Part shown: one piece after another, positions 1 through 11,118 of the stretch | Position numbering within the stretch: the first letter of the stretch is position 1 | Layout: each line of letters begins with the position of its first letter | Virus record (IMG/VR): IMGVR_UViG_3300045988_183830 | Span: 65,888-129,887 of that record | Direction: 5' to 3' (one strand) | Length of the DNA stretch: 64,000 nt | Source: a virus | Notes under the pieces: model-generated | The model's database searches: none | Seen by the model: only the letters and a program-made list of their open reading frames with translations | Told to the model about the DNA's origin: nothing | Position numbers and translations under genes: made by a program

Positions 1-1
1 G

Positions 2-3000
2 TATGGCTCACCGCAAAACTCTTCTGGTCCGAGGAGGGCTCCCGCTCGTGCATCGGGAACCATTACGACCGGCCTCGATATGGGTTATAACAGGAAGTGG
101 ATGGCTGAGTTTGCCCCCTATTCCAGTGCTGTTGAGAAATTCTTCAATGGACAGCCAGCTTACTGTATTGAGCCTCACAAGGGCGCACCCGGCTCCGGCA
201 CCTCCGTCGATGCCAGCAGCTATTGGGGGGATGATAGAGTTCGCCTTGCGCTTGCCTATGGCTGGGGTGGCGCAGATGACTCGACGTTGCTCTGGTATGC
301 TGGCAACGGCACCTATGCGTGGTGTGCTACGCAGGAGGTTATTTGGGAAATTGTTGGCGGCTACAGTGACCTGAGTGACCTGTTTGTGGGTCCCGGTCAT
401 CAGTATGACCCTGAAGTTGCTGAACCTATCAAGGCTGCTCACGATTACATTTGGAGCATGATTAACCAGCAATCTAAAATCCCCAGCTTTGCTGTATACA
501 GTCCTAAAAACACCGCAAAAGACATCGAACTGACATGGGATGGGTCGAAATGGACGGCGACGAAGTACGACTCTAACAGAGTGTTACCGAATTTCGAAGA
601 TTTCACATTTGGATTGTCTGGATTGACAGCAAGCAGTTCAGGGTACTACTTAACTATTACGGCAACTTCCGCTGCTGCCAAGAGTCTGTTGAATGGATAT
701 GCTTCTTATGCATCAGAAGGGAATGTGATTGACCCCGACAGCGTCAATGCTTACGTTCTCGTCGCAGGTGGCGGCAAGCAGGACTGCGTTGCGCTGAACG
801 GTTGGCCTGACCCCGTTACTTGTTATGTGCGGGCGAAGGTGACGCAAACAACCGGTAATCTGAACATCACAAAGACGTCTGAAAATGGGAAAAACATTTC
901 CAACGTCAGTTTTACTGTAACCGGGCCGAATGGGTATAACCGACTCTTTAAGACAAATGCATCCGGCAAAATCAGCATTACAGACCTGCAGCCCGGAACT
1001 TACACGATTACAGAATCTTCGCCGTTAGGATACTATGCTGTGAATCGGGTTCAGACTGCGACAGTTACGATTGGAGGCACGGCGAGTGTCTCCTTCCAGA
1101 ACAAAGTGTCTCGGTGTACCGTGCAGGTAACGAAGACATCGGAAGATGGAGTTCTGCAAGGGTTCACTTTTACACTGACGGGAACGTCTTACGCGGGAGA
1201 TGCTGTAAATCTGTCTGCGACCACAGATGCGAACGGCAAGGCTACGTTCTCCAATGTCCCCTTGGGTTCCAACTATGTTCTTGCCGAGGTAAATACGCCC
1301 GGAAGATATGTAGCCCCTGTCAGCCAGACGTTTACGCTTTCGACGCCTAATACGTCTGTAACCAAAACATTCGAAAATAAATTGGCTCGCGGCAACGTGA
1401 CTGTCACAAAGACCTCCGAAGATGGAAAAGTAAGCGGAGTTCAGTTTAATCTGAAGGGCACATCTTTGTCTGGACAGACAGTAAACCTTACTGAAACAAC
1501 CAACGCCAGCGGCGTGGCCACATTCTCCAATGTGCTTGTTGGTACATATACGCTGACGGAAGTAAATACAGGTAGGCAGTACGCCCCCGTGTCCGCGCAA
1601 AATGTCACGGTGCAGTATAACTCGACTGCGCGGGCGACTGTCAGCAACAAGTTGGCGCGTGGTTCGGTTCAAGTTACGAAGTCTTCTGAGGACGGGAAAG
1701 TTGCCAATGTGAAGTTCCGCTTGCAGGGAACATCCATTGACGGCACCGCTGTTGACCTGTATGCTGTGACCAATGCCTCCGGTGTTGCGACCTTCTCCAA
1801 TGTTCTTATCGGCAGCTACACAGTGTCCGAGGTCAATGCACCGGCCTACTATCAGGTGGTCAACCCTGTTAATGTTACCGTAACCATCAACAATAAGACT
1901 TCGGTGTCTATCCAGAATAAGCTCAAGGTCGGAGCTGTTCAGGTAACGAAGACCTCCGAAGATGGTGTTGTGAGTAACCTCACATTCACACTGACCGGCA
2001 CTTCCGATGCTGGTACGACCGTCAACATGACCGCTAAGACAGATGCCAAGGGTGTAGCGACATTCTCCAACGTGCCTATCGGTTCGAAGTATACGGTGCA
2101 GGAAGCCAACACTCCGGCTCGCTATGTGGTTCCTGCGGTTCAGGCTGGCGTGACTGTAAAGGTCAACGATACGACCAAGCTGTCGTTCCGTAACGACCTT
2201 GCTCGTGGTAATCTCCGTGTCACCAAGACCTCCGAGGATGGTTTGGTTTCCGGTGTGAAGTTCCATCTGGAAGGCACATCAACCTCCGGTGCGAAAGTGT
2301 CTCTGGATGCGACTACTAACGCACAGGGTATTGCCGAGTTTAAGGATGTGCTGGTTGGCAACAGCTATGTGCTGACCGAGGTCGGCACGGCTGCCCGCTA
2401 TGTGGTTCCGGCAGCACAGAATGGTATCACCATTACTGTGGGTAAGACTACTGATGCCGCCGTCTACAACAAGCTGGCTCGTGGAACTGTCACAGTCACC
2501 AAGACTGCTGAAGACGGTTTGGTGTCCGGCATCAAGTTCCGCTTGACCGGCACGGCTGGCAACGGAGACGCAGTGGACATGACCGCCACTACAAACGCCA
2601 AGGGTATTGCGACCTTCTCTAACGTCCTGATTGGTGAAAATTACACCGTTCAGGAGGTCGGCACTGCTGAGAAGTACATTGTGCCCGATGTCGTTTCCGG
2701 TATCGTAGTCACTCTGAATAAAACCACAAATGCCAACGTGTATAATAAGCTGGCCCGTGGTACAGTGAGTGTCACTAAAACCTCTGAAGATGGTATCGTT
2801 GAGGGCATCAAATTTCGCCTGACAGGAACTTCCGCACAGGGACAGGCCGTTGATATGACCGCCGTGACCAACGCTGCTGGCGTGGCGACCTTCGAGAACG
2901 TGTTGGTCGGTTATAATTACTCTCTGGAAGAAGTTGATACTGCCGCCCGCTACGTCATTCCCGCCGTCAAGGACGGTATCGACGTCAAGTTGGATAAGAC

Positions 3001-6000
3001 CACGACCGCATCTATCCATAACGTGCTGAAGAAGTGGTCTGTGACCGTCACAAAGCGCGATAACGAAACGACTACAGCACAGGGTAATGCCACGCTGAAA
3101 GGTGCCATTTACGGTCTGTATGATGGTGATGAGCTGGTGAAACAGTACACTACTGACGCCAATGGCAAGTTCACTACGGACGTCTACATCTGCGGTGATA
3201 ACTGGACCATCAAGGAAATCGTTCCTTCCGTTGGTTATCTGCTGGATGACAGCGTGTATCACGTCGGTGCTGAGGCAAAGAACTATGTTATTGAAATCAA
3301 TGCAGCTCCTGACTTGGGCGTTACCGAGCGCGTTATCAAGGGCTACATCAAGATTTTCAAGCACTCCGATGTGGGGGCTACCGGCGTTGAGGAGGCTCTC
3401 CCGACCGGCAAGGTGACTCCCGAAGTTGGAGCTGAGTTCGACGTCTACCTGAAGGCTGCTGGCAGCTACGCCAAAGCAAAGACTACCGACCGAGACCATA
3501 TCGTTGTGGGCGAGGACGGTTATGCTACCACCAAGGCTCTGCCTTACGGTACATACATCATTGACCAGACGAAGGACTTTGAAAGCGCGGATATGCTCCA
3601 TGGTTTTGAGGTCACTATTTCCGAGAACGGCAAGACATACTTCTATGTTTTGAACGACCGTCCTTACTATGCTTCTGTTCGCATTGTCAAGCTCGATGCG
3701 ATGGATAACACCCTGATTCCTTACAGTGGTGCGGAGTTCCAAATCTACGACCCTGAGGGCGCTTTGGTTTCTCTCAAGAATGGCCTTTCAACTGTCTCTA
3801 CATTTAAGACCGATGCCGAAGGTAAGCTGATTACTCCTGAGGAGCTGCCGTTTGGTTGCGGCTATACGCTGGTCGAGGTAACGGCGCCCAAGGGTTACAA
3901 GCTGGATTCCACTCCCATCGAGTTCAATGTTGACGCAGAGAACACTACGATGGAAGGTGATAAGAAGGTCATCGTGGTTACGGCAAAGGATAGTCCTGTG
4001 ACACCGGAAATCAAGACCATGGCAAAGGGAGCTGCTGGGGAGAAGACTATGGAGCCCCTGACATCTGTGACTATCAAGGATACAGTATCCTGCACAGATG
4101 TAATCCCCGGCAAGACCTACACCGTGAATGGATATCTTGTGCTGAAGTCTACAGGTGAACCTTTGCTGGATGGCAGCGGTAAGCGCATCACTGCAACAAA
4201 CACATTTGTTGCAGGTGACAACTTCAATGGTTCCACGGAGCTGACCTTTACCTTTGATGCTTCTCTGATTGCCGGCGATGCTGTTGTTGTTTTCGATACG
4301 CTGCATCGTGATGGTGTTGAGGTAGCAAGCCACAAGGATATTGTGGATACCGACCAGACCGTAGCTTTCTACGCTCCTGAAATCAAGACCTCAGCGAATA
4401 ACCCTGATGGTAACGTGAAGGTTGTTGACCCCTCCGTTGGTGTTTCTATCGTTGATACCGTATCCTATAAGCACCTGACACCCGGCCATAAATATGTACT
4501 GAGTGGGCAGATGATGGATAAGGACACACAGCAGCCCGCAAAGGATGACAATGGTAATTTCATTGTTGGCGAGACAACCTTTACGCCGTCCACCACTTCA
4601 GGTACGGTGGATGTGGTCTTTACCTTCGACGCCACTGAGATTGCCGGCGTCCAGCTCGTTGCTTTCGAGAAACTCTACCATGTTGCTATCAGCGCAGAAG
4701 TGCCTGTTGCGACGCATGAGGACATTGACGATGCTGACCAGACCGTGACGGTCGAGGCTCCTGAGATAACAACCAACGCAGTGAATGCTGCTGACGGAAC
4801 GAAGTTCCTTGAGGCGCAGTACAGCGTAAAAATCAAGGATACCGTCTCTTATGAGAAGGTCGTTGAAGGGCATACCTATCTGCTGACTGGCAAGGTCTTT
4901 GATAAAACTACGGGCGAGTTCCTGAAAGATACTGCCGGCAATGACATTACCGGCACGACGACGTTTACGCCTACGGCAAAGACCGGTACAGTAGATGTCG
5001 AGTTCATCTTTGATGCTTCCGAGTTGTATGGGCATACGCTGGTTATCTTCGAGAAGCTGTCCTACCGTGGTACGGTGCTGACGGTTCACGAAGATGATGC
5101 AGATGCCAACCAGACCGTGAAGGTATATAACCCCGAAATCGGCACTACCGCTATTGACGGTGAGGGTACTGGAAAGTTCATTGACCCTGCAAAGAATGTT
5201 GTCATCAAGGATACGATTGCATACGAGCACCTTACCATCGGTCAGGAGTACACCATCACTGGTACGGTGATGAATAAGCGCACCGGTGAGCCTGTGGTTT
5301 CTGGCGGGCGTACCGTAACCGTGACGAACACGTTTACGCCTACCGCCTCTAAGGGCAGCACCGAGATGGTATTTACCTTTGATGCTTCCGGCCTTGACGG
5401 TGATTCTCTGGTTGTCTATGAGGAGCTGTATTTCCGCGCTTCTGACACGACTCCTTGCGCTGTCCATAAGGACATCAATGATGAAGGCCAGACTGTCGCT
5501 GTGAATACCCCTTCGGTTCATACGACCATCAACGAAAGCATCTCTCTGAACAACTACTTTGAGCCCCTGAACGAAATCACTATCACGGATACCGTGACCT
5601 ATACCGACCTCGTGCCCGGTCACACGTATAAAGTGATGGGCAACCTCGTTTCCAAGGATACCGGCGATGTCATCCGTGACGGCAACGGTAAATTGGTAGC
5701 TGGCGAGACTGAGTTCGTTCCGACCAGTAAGGATGGCAGCGTTGACGTGACCTTCACGCTGAATGCATCTATTCTGTACGGCCAGAGCGTTATCGCCTTT
5801 GAGTCTCTGTACTATCACAACACCATTATCGCCGAGCACAAAGACCTTACGGACGAGAAGCAGGAAGCCATTTTCTTCGCTCCTGAGTTGAGCACTAAGG
5901 CCCTGAACGATGACGGCAATACCAACCTGATTGACCCCGCTAAGGGGACTCATATCGTGGATACCGTGTATTACCGCCATCTGACTCCCGACCATGAGTA

Positions 6001-9000
6001 CACCATCATCGGTAAGCTGATGGACAAGGATACCGGCAAGGCTCTGCTCGATGCGAAGGGTAATGAGATTACCGGCAAGACCACGTTCACACCTGAGCGT
6101 GTTGCTGGGACTGTGAATGTAGAGTTTACCTTTGATGCCAGCAATATGGCGGGGAAGACCCTCGTGGTGTTTGAGTATCTGTACTTCAATAAAAACGAGG
6201 AGATTCCTGCAGGCAAACACACTGACATTAACGACCTGAAGCAGTCTTTGACCTTTAATACTCCGGAAATCAAGACCAGCGCAAAGAACGCAGAGGGCAA
6301 TTCCAAGTTCTTCGACCCCAAGAGTTCTGTGAAACTGATTGATACCGTCACGTATTCAGGTCTGAGTAAGGGACATGAATATACCGTGTCCGGTACGCTG
6401 ATGAATAAGCAGACTGGCGCTCCTGTGCTGAATTCTAATGGAACTCCCGTAACAGGCAGCACGACCTTTACAGCCCGCAGTGTGAACGGAAAAGTCAATG
6501 TCGAGTTTACCTTCGATGCTTCGCAGCTCTATGGTCAGTCCTTGGTCGTGTTTGAGGAATTGGCTTTCAACGGTACGATTATCGCCGAGCATAAGGACTT
6601 TGAGGACGATAACCAGACCGTGAAAATCAACACGCCAAGCATCTCAACGAGCGCTGAGAACACTGATGGCGGCAACAATTTGGTCGATGCAGCCAAGAAG
6701 GTTTCCATCACTGATACCGTTACCTATTCCCATGTGACACCCGACCACGAGTATACACTGGTTGGACGACTGATGAATGGTGAAACTGGTGAAGAACTGC
6801 CCAACACGGTTGTATCTATCAAGTTTACACCGAAGCGGACTTTTGGCTCCGTGGATATGACATTCACTTTGAATGCCTCTCAGCTCGCAGGCAAGAGTGT
6901 TGTGGTATTTGAGGAACTCTTCTTCAATGAGAACGACGTCGAGCCTTGTGCGAAGCATACAGACCTCCGTGATGAAGCGCAGACCGTGATTGTCACCGAG
7001 CCCAGCATTGGTACGACGATGAACGCAAGCCCTGATAAGAACCAATTCTTCGTCTCTTCGTTGGCTACTGTTCTTGTCGATACCGTGAGCTACCACAACC
7101 TCATTCCCGGTCATACTTACGTTGCTGAAGGCCGCCTGATGGATAAGGCTACTGGCCGAGTGCTGGTCGGAGGAAACGGGGAAATCACGGGCAAGACGAT
7201 ATTTGTGCCCACATCTTCCGACGGTTCTGTTGATGTCTACTTTACGTTTGACTCCTCAGCGCTGTTTGGGAAGACGGTCGTGGCGTTTGAGACTGTTTCC
7301 TATGATGGAAATATCATCGCCAAGCATGAAGACATCGACGATGTTGACCAGTCTGCCACGTTCTATATGCCCGAACTGTCCGATACGACCGCCGAGAATG
7401 GCGAGGGCGGCGGAAAATTCATTGATGCAGCCGGAAATGTCGTAATTCGTGATACTGTCAAGTATGAACACCTGTCAGCAAAACACGACTATAGGCTGCG
7501 TGGGACACTGGTTTATCAGACTTCTGGTGAGCCTGTTCTGCTGAACGGAAAGCCTATTGTCGTTGAGAAATCCTTCACCGCAAAGAAGGCATACGGCAGC
7601 ATCGACATGGAGTTTACTTTCGATGCAATGGGTATGCAGGATAAGGACATCGTTGTATTCGAGGAACTGTTTTACGAGCAGCAGACTGTTGCGGTTGCGT
7701 CCCACAAAGACCTTGACGATGAAGGCCAGACCGTAACGGTAGCGAAGCCCACCGTTAAGACCACGGCTTCCAATAAGGCTGATGGCAGCAAAATGCTTGA
7801 ACCTGAAAAGAAAGTCACGATTCTGGATACCGTTTCCTTCACTGGCCTGATTGACGGTCATACCTATAAGGTCTCCGGAACACTGATGGATAAGGCAACC
7901 GGCAAGCCTGTGGTCGATGCGAATGGTAATACGATTACCGTTGAGAAGACTTTTAAGGCAAAGGATGCCAACGGTAGCATTGATGTTGAGTTTACCTTTA
8001 CTGCTACCGAGCTGTTCGGCAAAGACCTCGTTGTATTCGAGAAGATTTTCTACAACGACACTGAGATTGCATCCCATGAAAACATCAATGATAAGGGACA
8101 GACCGTACAGGTTTACAATCCCAATATCACTGGTACAACAGCAGTTGGAACACTTGATGGCGGTAAGTTCATTGACCCCGCTGCAAACGTGAAAATCACC
8201 GATACTGTAACCTATGAGCATCTCTCCACCGGCCACGAGTACACGCTGCGTGGTACGCTGATGAACAAGGAGACTGGCGAACCTATCAAGAGCGGCGGAA
8301 CAGAGGTTGTATTCGAACAGGTCTTCACGCCTGCGGCAACAAGCGGCTCTGTGGATATGCAGTTCACTTTCAATGCCTCTTTCTTGAAGGGTAAGGATGT
8401 TGTCGTATTCGAGGAAATCTACTTTAACGTTGACGATACCGAACCTGTCGCAGTCCATAAGGATATCGTCGATGGCAGCCAGACCGTTTCTGTGACGAGT
8501 CCTGAAGTACAGACCGTTGCCGTGAACAAAGAGGATAACGGCAAGGTGTTTGAGCCGGATACCACGGTCACGCTGAAGGATACTGTGTTCTACAACAACC
8601 TTATTGTGGGGCACAAGTACACCGTGACCGGAACCCTGATGGATGAGGAAACTGGGAAAGCCATCAAGGATATTGATGGAAACATCGTAACTGCTTCCGT
8701 CGAGTTCGTCCCCGAAGCTGCCTGCGGTACGGTCGATGTCGAGTTTACCTTTGCTGCAACCGAACTGTACGGTAAGACTATCGTGGCATTTGAGAAGCTC
8801 CTGTTTAACGGGACTGTCATTGCATCTCACGAGGATATCAATGATGAGGAGCAAACCACCACGGTCCATAACCCTGAATTTATGCGAACTATCGCGGTGA
8901 GCGCAGTTGATGAGGGCAAGCTCATTGATGCCTCTGAAACCTCTATCATCAACGATACCGTGGTGTATCGCCACCTGTCTACCGGTCACACCTACACGCT

Positions 9001-10915
9001 GAGAAGCAGCTTGGTTGACAAGACCACCGGTGAGCCTGTGCTGAACAACGGTGTGCCTGTTGTTGCGGAGATGCAGTTCGCTCCGGAGAGCACTGCCGGC
9101 TCGGTCGTCGCTGCAATCGAGTTTGACGCCTCCTCCGTAAAGGGACGTGACATCGTGGTATTTGAAGAGCTGTTCTTTAATGCCGACGATAAGAACCCTG
9201 TTGCGGCTCATAAGGATATTGAGGATGCTGACCAGACCGTGACCGTGGTGAAGTCTTCCATCAAGACCTCCGCTGAGAACGCCGCTGATAGCACGAAGGT
9301 GTTTGAGCCTACTGCTGATGTCGTACTGAAGGATACCGTGACCTACGAAGTCCTCATCGTCGGGCATACGTACAAGGTTGTCGGTACTCTGATGGATAAG
9401 GCAACCGGCAAGCCCGTAGAGAACACAGGAGGGAAGACCATCACCGCAGAGACCACCTTTACGCCTGAGGCGGAGAGTGGTTCCGTGGTTGTTGAGTTCA
9501 AGTTCGACGCACGTACTTTCTTTGGACGTACGCTGGTCGTTTTTGAAAACCTGTACTATGGTAATTCCGTTGTTGCATCTCACAAGGATATCAATGACGA
9601 AGACCAGTCTGTTGACGTCAAGGCTCCCATTATTGTTGGTACTACTGCGACCAACAAGGCCGATGGCGGAAAGCTGTTCGACCCTGCAGAAAAGATTGTT
9701 TTGGTCGATACCGTGAAGTATGACCATCTCTCCGCTGCCCACAAGTATACGCTTGTCGGAAAGCTGATGGATAAGGCATCTGGCGAGGCAGTGAATGATA
9801 AGGACGGCAATCCTGTCACAGCTTCTACATCCTTTACTCCCGATGCGCTTTCCGGTTCCGTCGATGTGGTATTCGAGTTCGATGGTAGAGCCCTTGCAGG
9901 TAAGGATGTCGTTGTTTTCGAGTACCTCTTCTATAATGAGGGCGATGAAACCGCACTGACAACTCACGAGGACTTGGAGGATGCTGCTCAGACCGTTACC
10001 TTCACAAACCCGTCTGTCAAGACATCTGCTTCCAATGCCTCCACCGGAAAGAAGACTTTCTCACCGTATGAAAAGGCCGAACTGGTCGATACTGTGACCT
10101 ACACAGGTCTCATTCCCGGCCATGAGTACACACTGGTCGGTACTCTGATGGAGAAGGTGAAGACTGGCGACAAGTTCGAGGGTAAGGCTGTAATGGACAA
10201 GGACAATAAGCCTTTGACCGCTACAGCGACCTTTACTCCTGAAAAGGCTGATGGCACAACGACCGTATCCTTCATCTTCAGCGCTCGTTCCGTGGCAGGG
10301 AAGACCCTTGTCGTCTACGAGGAACTCTTCTACGACAACATGAGTATCGCTGCTCACGCCGACATCACGGATGAGGAGCAGACCGTGACCGTTGACCGTG
10401 TCCATTATCGCAGCGGTCCTACCATGAGCACGACGGCAACGTTTGCCAATGGCGCAAAGTCCAGCGGCTATGCCTCTCGCCTTGTGATTGTGGATACCGT
10501 GAGCTACTCCGGTCTGACTGTCGGCCAGACCTACACGCTGGTTGGTAAGTTGATGGATGCTCAGACGGGCGTGGCGCTCCGCGACACGAACGATAGGGAA
10601 GTGACCTCCACGCTGACATTTACCCCGAAGACCTCCGATGGCTCCGTTGATATGAAGTTCTCCTTTAACGCGGGGAACATCAAGGGTGCGAAGATTGTCG
10701 TATTTGAGGAGATGTACGTCGGTAAGGACGTGGCTGGCACTCCGTACCTGAGCCATACCGATATCAATGATGCTGGTCAGACTGTGACTGTCACCGTTTC
10801 TCCCAAGACCGGCGATAGCGGAATCGGCATCTACATCGCAATCGGAGCGATTGCTCTGGGTGCGGTAGTTGTGGTTGTGGTCGTGTCCACCATCAAGCGC
10901 AAGAAGAACAAATAA
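2..10915 (+). CDS. giant cell-wall-anchored adhesin, 5'-truncated at window edge: thioester domain, Cna B/SpaA-like Ig repeats, 18 Thr-Gln ester-bond repeats, SPKTG sorting signal
   Basis: Single 10.8-kb ORF. The frame stays open upstream of the first Met to nt 2, and the upstream residues (RAPARASGTITTG) match residues 160-175 of adhesin 2, so the N-terminus lies outside the window. Thioester-domain motifs are present: the Cys in AYCIEPHKGAPGSG and the Gln in CATQEVIWEI (TQxA[IV]W-type). The C-terminus is SPKTG followed by a hydrophobic TM segment and an RKKNK tail. Confidence 0.9.
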   Translation, partial: YGSPQNSSGPRRAPARASGTITTGLDMGYNRKWMAEFAPYSSAVEKFFNGQPAYCIEPHKGAPGSGTSVDASSYWGDDRVRLALAYGWGGADDSTLLWYAGNGTYAWCATQEVIWEIVGGYSDLSDLFVGPGHQYDPEVAEPIKAAHDYIWSMINQQSKIPSFAVYSPKNTAKDIELTWDGSKWTATKYDSNRVLPNFEDFTFGLSGLTASSSGYYLTITATSAAAKSLLNGYASYASEGNVIDPDSVNAYVLVAGGGKQDCVALNGWPDPVTCYVRAKVTQTTGNLNITKTSENGKNISNVSFTVTGPNGYNRLFKTNASGKISITDLQPGTYTITESSPLGYYAVNRVQTATVTIGGTASVSFQNKVSRCTVQVTKTSEDGVLQGFTFTLTGTSYAGDAVNLSATTDANGKATFSNVPLGSNYVLAEVNTPGRYVAPVSQTFTLSTPNTSVTKTFENKLARGNVTVTKTSEDGKVSGVQFNLKGTSLSGQTVNLTETTNASGVATFSNVLVGTYTLTEVNTGRQYAPVSAQNVTVQYNSTARATVSNKLARGSVQVTKSSEDGKVANVKFRLQGTSIDGTAVDLYAVTNASGVATFSNVLIGSYTVSEVNAPAYYQVVNPVNVTVTINNKTSVSIQNKLKVGAVQVTKTSEDGVVSNLTFTLTGTSDAGTTVNMTAKTDAKGVATFSNVPIGSKYTVQEANTPARYVVPAVQAGVTVKVNDTTKLSFRNDLARGNLRVTKTSEDGLVSGVKFHLEGTSTSGAKVSLDATTNAQGIAEFKDVLVGNSYVLTEVGTAARYVVPAAQNGITITVGKTTDAAVYNKLARGTVTVTKTAEDGLVSGIKFRLTGTAGNGDAVDMTATTNAKGIATFSNVLIGENYTVQEVGTAEKYIVPDVVSGIVVTLNKTTNANVYNKLARGTVSVTKTSEDGIVEGIKFRLTGTSAQGQAVDMTAVTNAAGVATFENVLVGYNYSLEEVDTAARYVIPAVKDGIDVKLDKTTTASIHNVLKKWSVTVTKRDNETTTAQGNATLKGAIYGLYDGDELVKQYTTDANGKFTTDVYICGDNWTIKEIVPSVGYLLDDSVYHVGAEAKNYVIEINAAPDLGVTERVIKGYIKIFKHSDVGATGVEEALPTGKVTPEVGAEFDVYLKAAGSYAKAKTTDRDHIVVGEDGYATTKALPYGTYIIDQTKDFESADMLHGFEVTISENGKTYFYVLNDRPYYASVRIVKLDAMDNTLIPYSGAEFQIYDPEGALVSLKNGLSTVSTFKTDAEGKLITPEELPFGCGYTLVEVTAPKGYKLDSTPIEFNVDAENTTMEGDKKVIVVTAKDSPVTPEIKTMAKGAAGEKTMEPLTSVTIKDTVSCTDVIPGKTYTVNGYLVLKSTGEPLLDGSGKRITATNTFVAGDNFNGSTELTFTFDASLIAGDAVVVFDTLHRDGVEVASHKDIVDTDQTVAFYAPEIKTSANNPDGNVKVVDPSVGVSIVDTVSYKHLTPGHKYVLSGQMMDKDTQQPAKDDNGNFIVGETTFTPSTTSGTVDVVFTFDATEIAGVQLVAFEKLYHVAISAEVPVATHEDIDDADQTVTVEAPEITTNAVNAADGTKFLEAQYSVKIKDTVSYEKVVEGHTYLLTGKVFDKTTGEFLKDTAGNDITGTTTFTPTAKTGTVDVEFIFDASELYGHTLVIFEKLSYRGTVLTVHEDDADANQTVKVYNPEIGTTAIDGEGTGKFIDPAKNVVIKDTIAYEHLTIGQEYTITGTVMNKRTGEPVVSGGRTVTVTNTFTPTASKGSTEMVFTFDASGLDGDSLVVYEELYFRASDTTPCAVHKDINDEGQTVAVNTPSVHTTINESISLNNYFEPLNEITITDTVTYTDLVPGHTYKVMGNLVSKDTGDVIRDGNGKLVAGETEFVPTSKDGSVDVTFTLNASILYGQSVIAFESLYYHNTIIAEHKDLTDEKQEAIFFAPELSTKALNDDGNTNLIDPAKGTHIVDTVYYRHLTPDHEYTIIGKLMDKDTGKALLDAKGNEITGKTTFTPERVAGTVNVEFTFDASNMAGKTLVVFEYLYFNKNEEIPAGKHTDINDLKQSLTFNTPEIKTSAKNAEGNSKFFDPKSSVKLIDTVTYSGLSKGHEYTVSGTLMNKQTGAPVLNSNGTPVTGSTTFTARSVNGKVNVEFTFDASQLYGQSLVVFEELAFNGTIIAEHKDFEDDNQTVKINTPSISTSAENTDGGNNLVDAAKKVSITDTVTYSHVTPDHEYTLVGRLMNGETGEELPNTVVSIKFTPKRTFGSVDMTFTLNASQLAGKSVVVFEELFFNENDVEPCAKHTDLRDEAQTVIVTEPSIGTTMNASPDKNQFFVSSLATVLVDTVSYHNLIPGHTYVAEGRLMDKATGRVLVGGNGEITGKTIFVPTSSDGSVDVYFTFDSSALFGKTVVAFETVSYDGNIIAKHEDIDDVDQSATFYMPELSDTTAENGEGGGKFIDAAGNVVIRDTVKYEHLSAKHDYRLRGTLVYQTSGEPVLLNGKPIVVEKSFTAKKAYGSIDMEFTFDAMGMQDKDIVVFEELFYEQQTVAVASHKDLDDEGQTVTVAKPTVKTTASNKADGSKMLEPEKKVTILDTVSFTGLIDGHTYKVSGTLMDKATGKPVVDANGNTITVEKTFKAKDANGSIDVEFTFTATELFGKDLVVFEKIFYNDTEIASHENINDKGQTVQVYNPNITGTTAVGTLDGGKFIDPAANVKITDTVTYEHLSTGHEYTLRGTLMNKETGEPIKSGGTEVVFEQVFTPAATSGSVDMQFTFNASFLKGKDVVVFEEIYFNVDDTEPVAVHKDIVDGSQTVSVTSPEVQTVAVNKEDNGKVFEPDTTVTLKDTVFYNNLIVGHKYTVTGTLMDEETGKAIKDIDGNIVTASVEFVPEAACGTVDVEFTFAATELYGKTIVAFEKLLFNGTVIASHEDINDEEQTTTVHNPEFMRTIAVSAVDEGKLIDASETSIINDTVVYRHLSTGHTYTLRSSLVDKTTGEPVLNNGVPVVAEMQFAPESTAGSVVAAIEFDASSVKGRDIVVFEELFFNADDKNPVAAHKDIEDADQTVTVVKSSIKTSAENAADSTKVFEPTADVVLKDTVTYEVLIVGHTYKVVGTLMDKATGKPVENTGGKTITAETTFTPEAESGSVVVEFKFDARTFFGRTLVVFENLYYGNSVVASHKDINDEDQSVDVKAPIIVGTTATNKADGGKLFDPAEKIVLVDTVKYDHLSAAHKYTLVGKLMDKASGEAVNDKDGNPVTASTSFTPDALSGSVDVVFEFDGRALAGKDVVVFEYLFYNEGDETALTTHEDLEDAAQTVTFTNPSVKTSASNASTGKKTFSPYEKAELVDTVTYTGLIPGHEYTLVGTLMEKVKTGDKFEGKAVMDKDNKPLTATATFTPEKADGTTTVSFIFSARSVAGKTLVVYEELFYDNMSIAAHADITDEEQTVTVDRVHYRSGPTMSTTATFANGAKSSGYASRLVIVDTVSYSGLTVGQTYTLVGKLMDAQTGVALRDTNDREVTSTLTFTPKTSDGSVDMKFSFNAGNIKGAKIVVFEEMYVGKDVAGTPYLSHTDINDAGQTVTVTVSPKTGDSGIGIYIAIGAIALGAVVVVVVVSTIKRKKNK
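872..3110 (+). repeat. about 9 tandem Cna B/SpaA-like (prealbumin-fold) repeats of about 92 aa inside adhesin 1, recurring motif V(T/Q)VTKTSEDG...TTDANG.ATFSNV
   Basis: The motif TKTSEDG recurs at about 276-nt spacing, as seen in the translated sequence. Confidence 0.75.
4046..10745 (+). repeat. 18 tandem Ig-like repeats of about 125-135 aa in adhesin 1, each ending in H-x-D-x-x-D-x-x-Q-T-V and containing a VVFE/VAFE (VaFE) motif; Thr-Gln ester-bond domains as in C. perfringens Cpe0147
   Basis: 18 occurrences of the H[KET]D[IL]xDxxQ(T/S)V motif, for example HKDIVDTDQTV and HEDIDDADQTV. The conserved elements are IxDTVxYxxLxxGxxYT at the repeat start, FTFDAS and VVFEEL. Confidence 0.8.
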
Positions 10916-10949
10916 CTTAAATGGGGTCAGCAGACCTCATAGAAACCCA

Positions 10950-10990
10950 AAATTGGGCCGGAGAAAACCTCCGGCTCAATTTTTTTGCAA
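10950..10990 (+). terminator. rho-independent terminator after adhesin 1
   Basis: The stem gggccggag...ctccggctc is followed by aattttttttgc. Confidence 0.6.
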
Positions 10991-11118
10991 AAATTTTTCA
11001 GGAGAAATTTGGAGGGCAGTGGACTGCTGAAGCTGTTGCTACATCAAGGGTTTCAGATTTTTGGAACACAAGACCTTGTGCTTTTTGCACCTCAGATTCA
11101 TATTTTTACAAAATCGAG

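Noticed and set aside
3-374. 123-aa plus-strand ORF at the window start
   Set aside because: It is in a different frame from the adhesin. The adhesin frame demonstrably continues upstream, shown by homology to the adhesin 2 N-terminal region.
1025-10756. Many antisense ORFs of 200-830 aa inside adhesin 1 (for example 2279-3742, 4598-6220, 7475-9967)
   Set aside because: They lie opposite a gene with unambiguous domain signatures and periodic repeats. They have no RBS, and long stop-free antisense frames are expected in GC-rich repetitive coding DNA.
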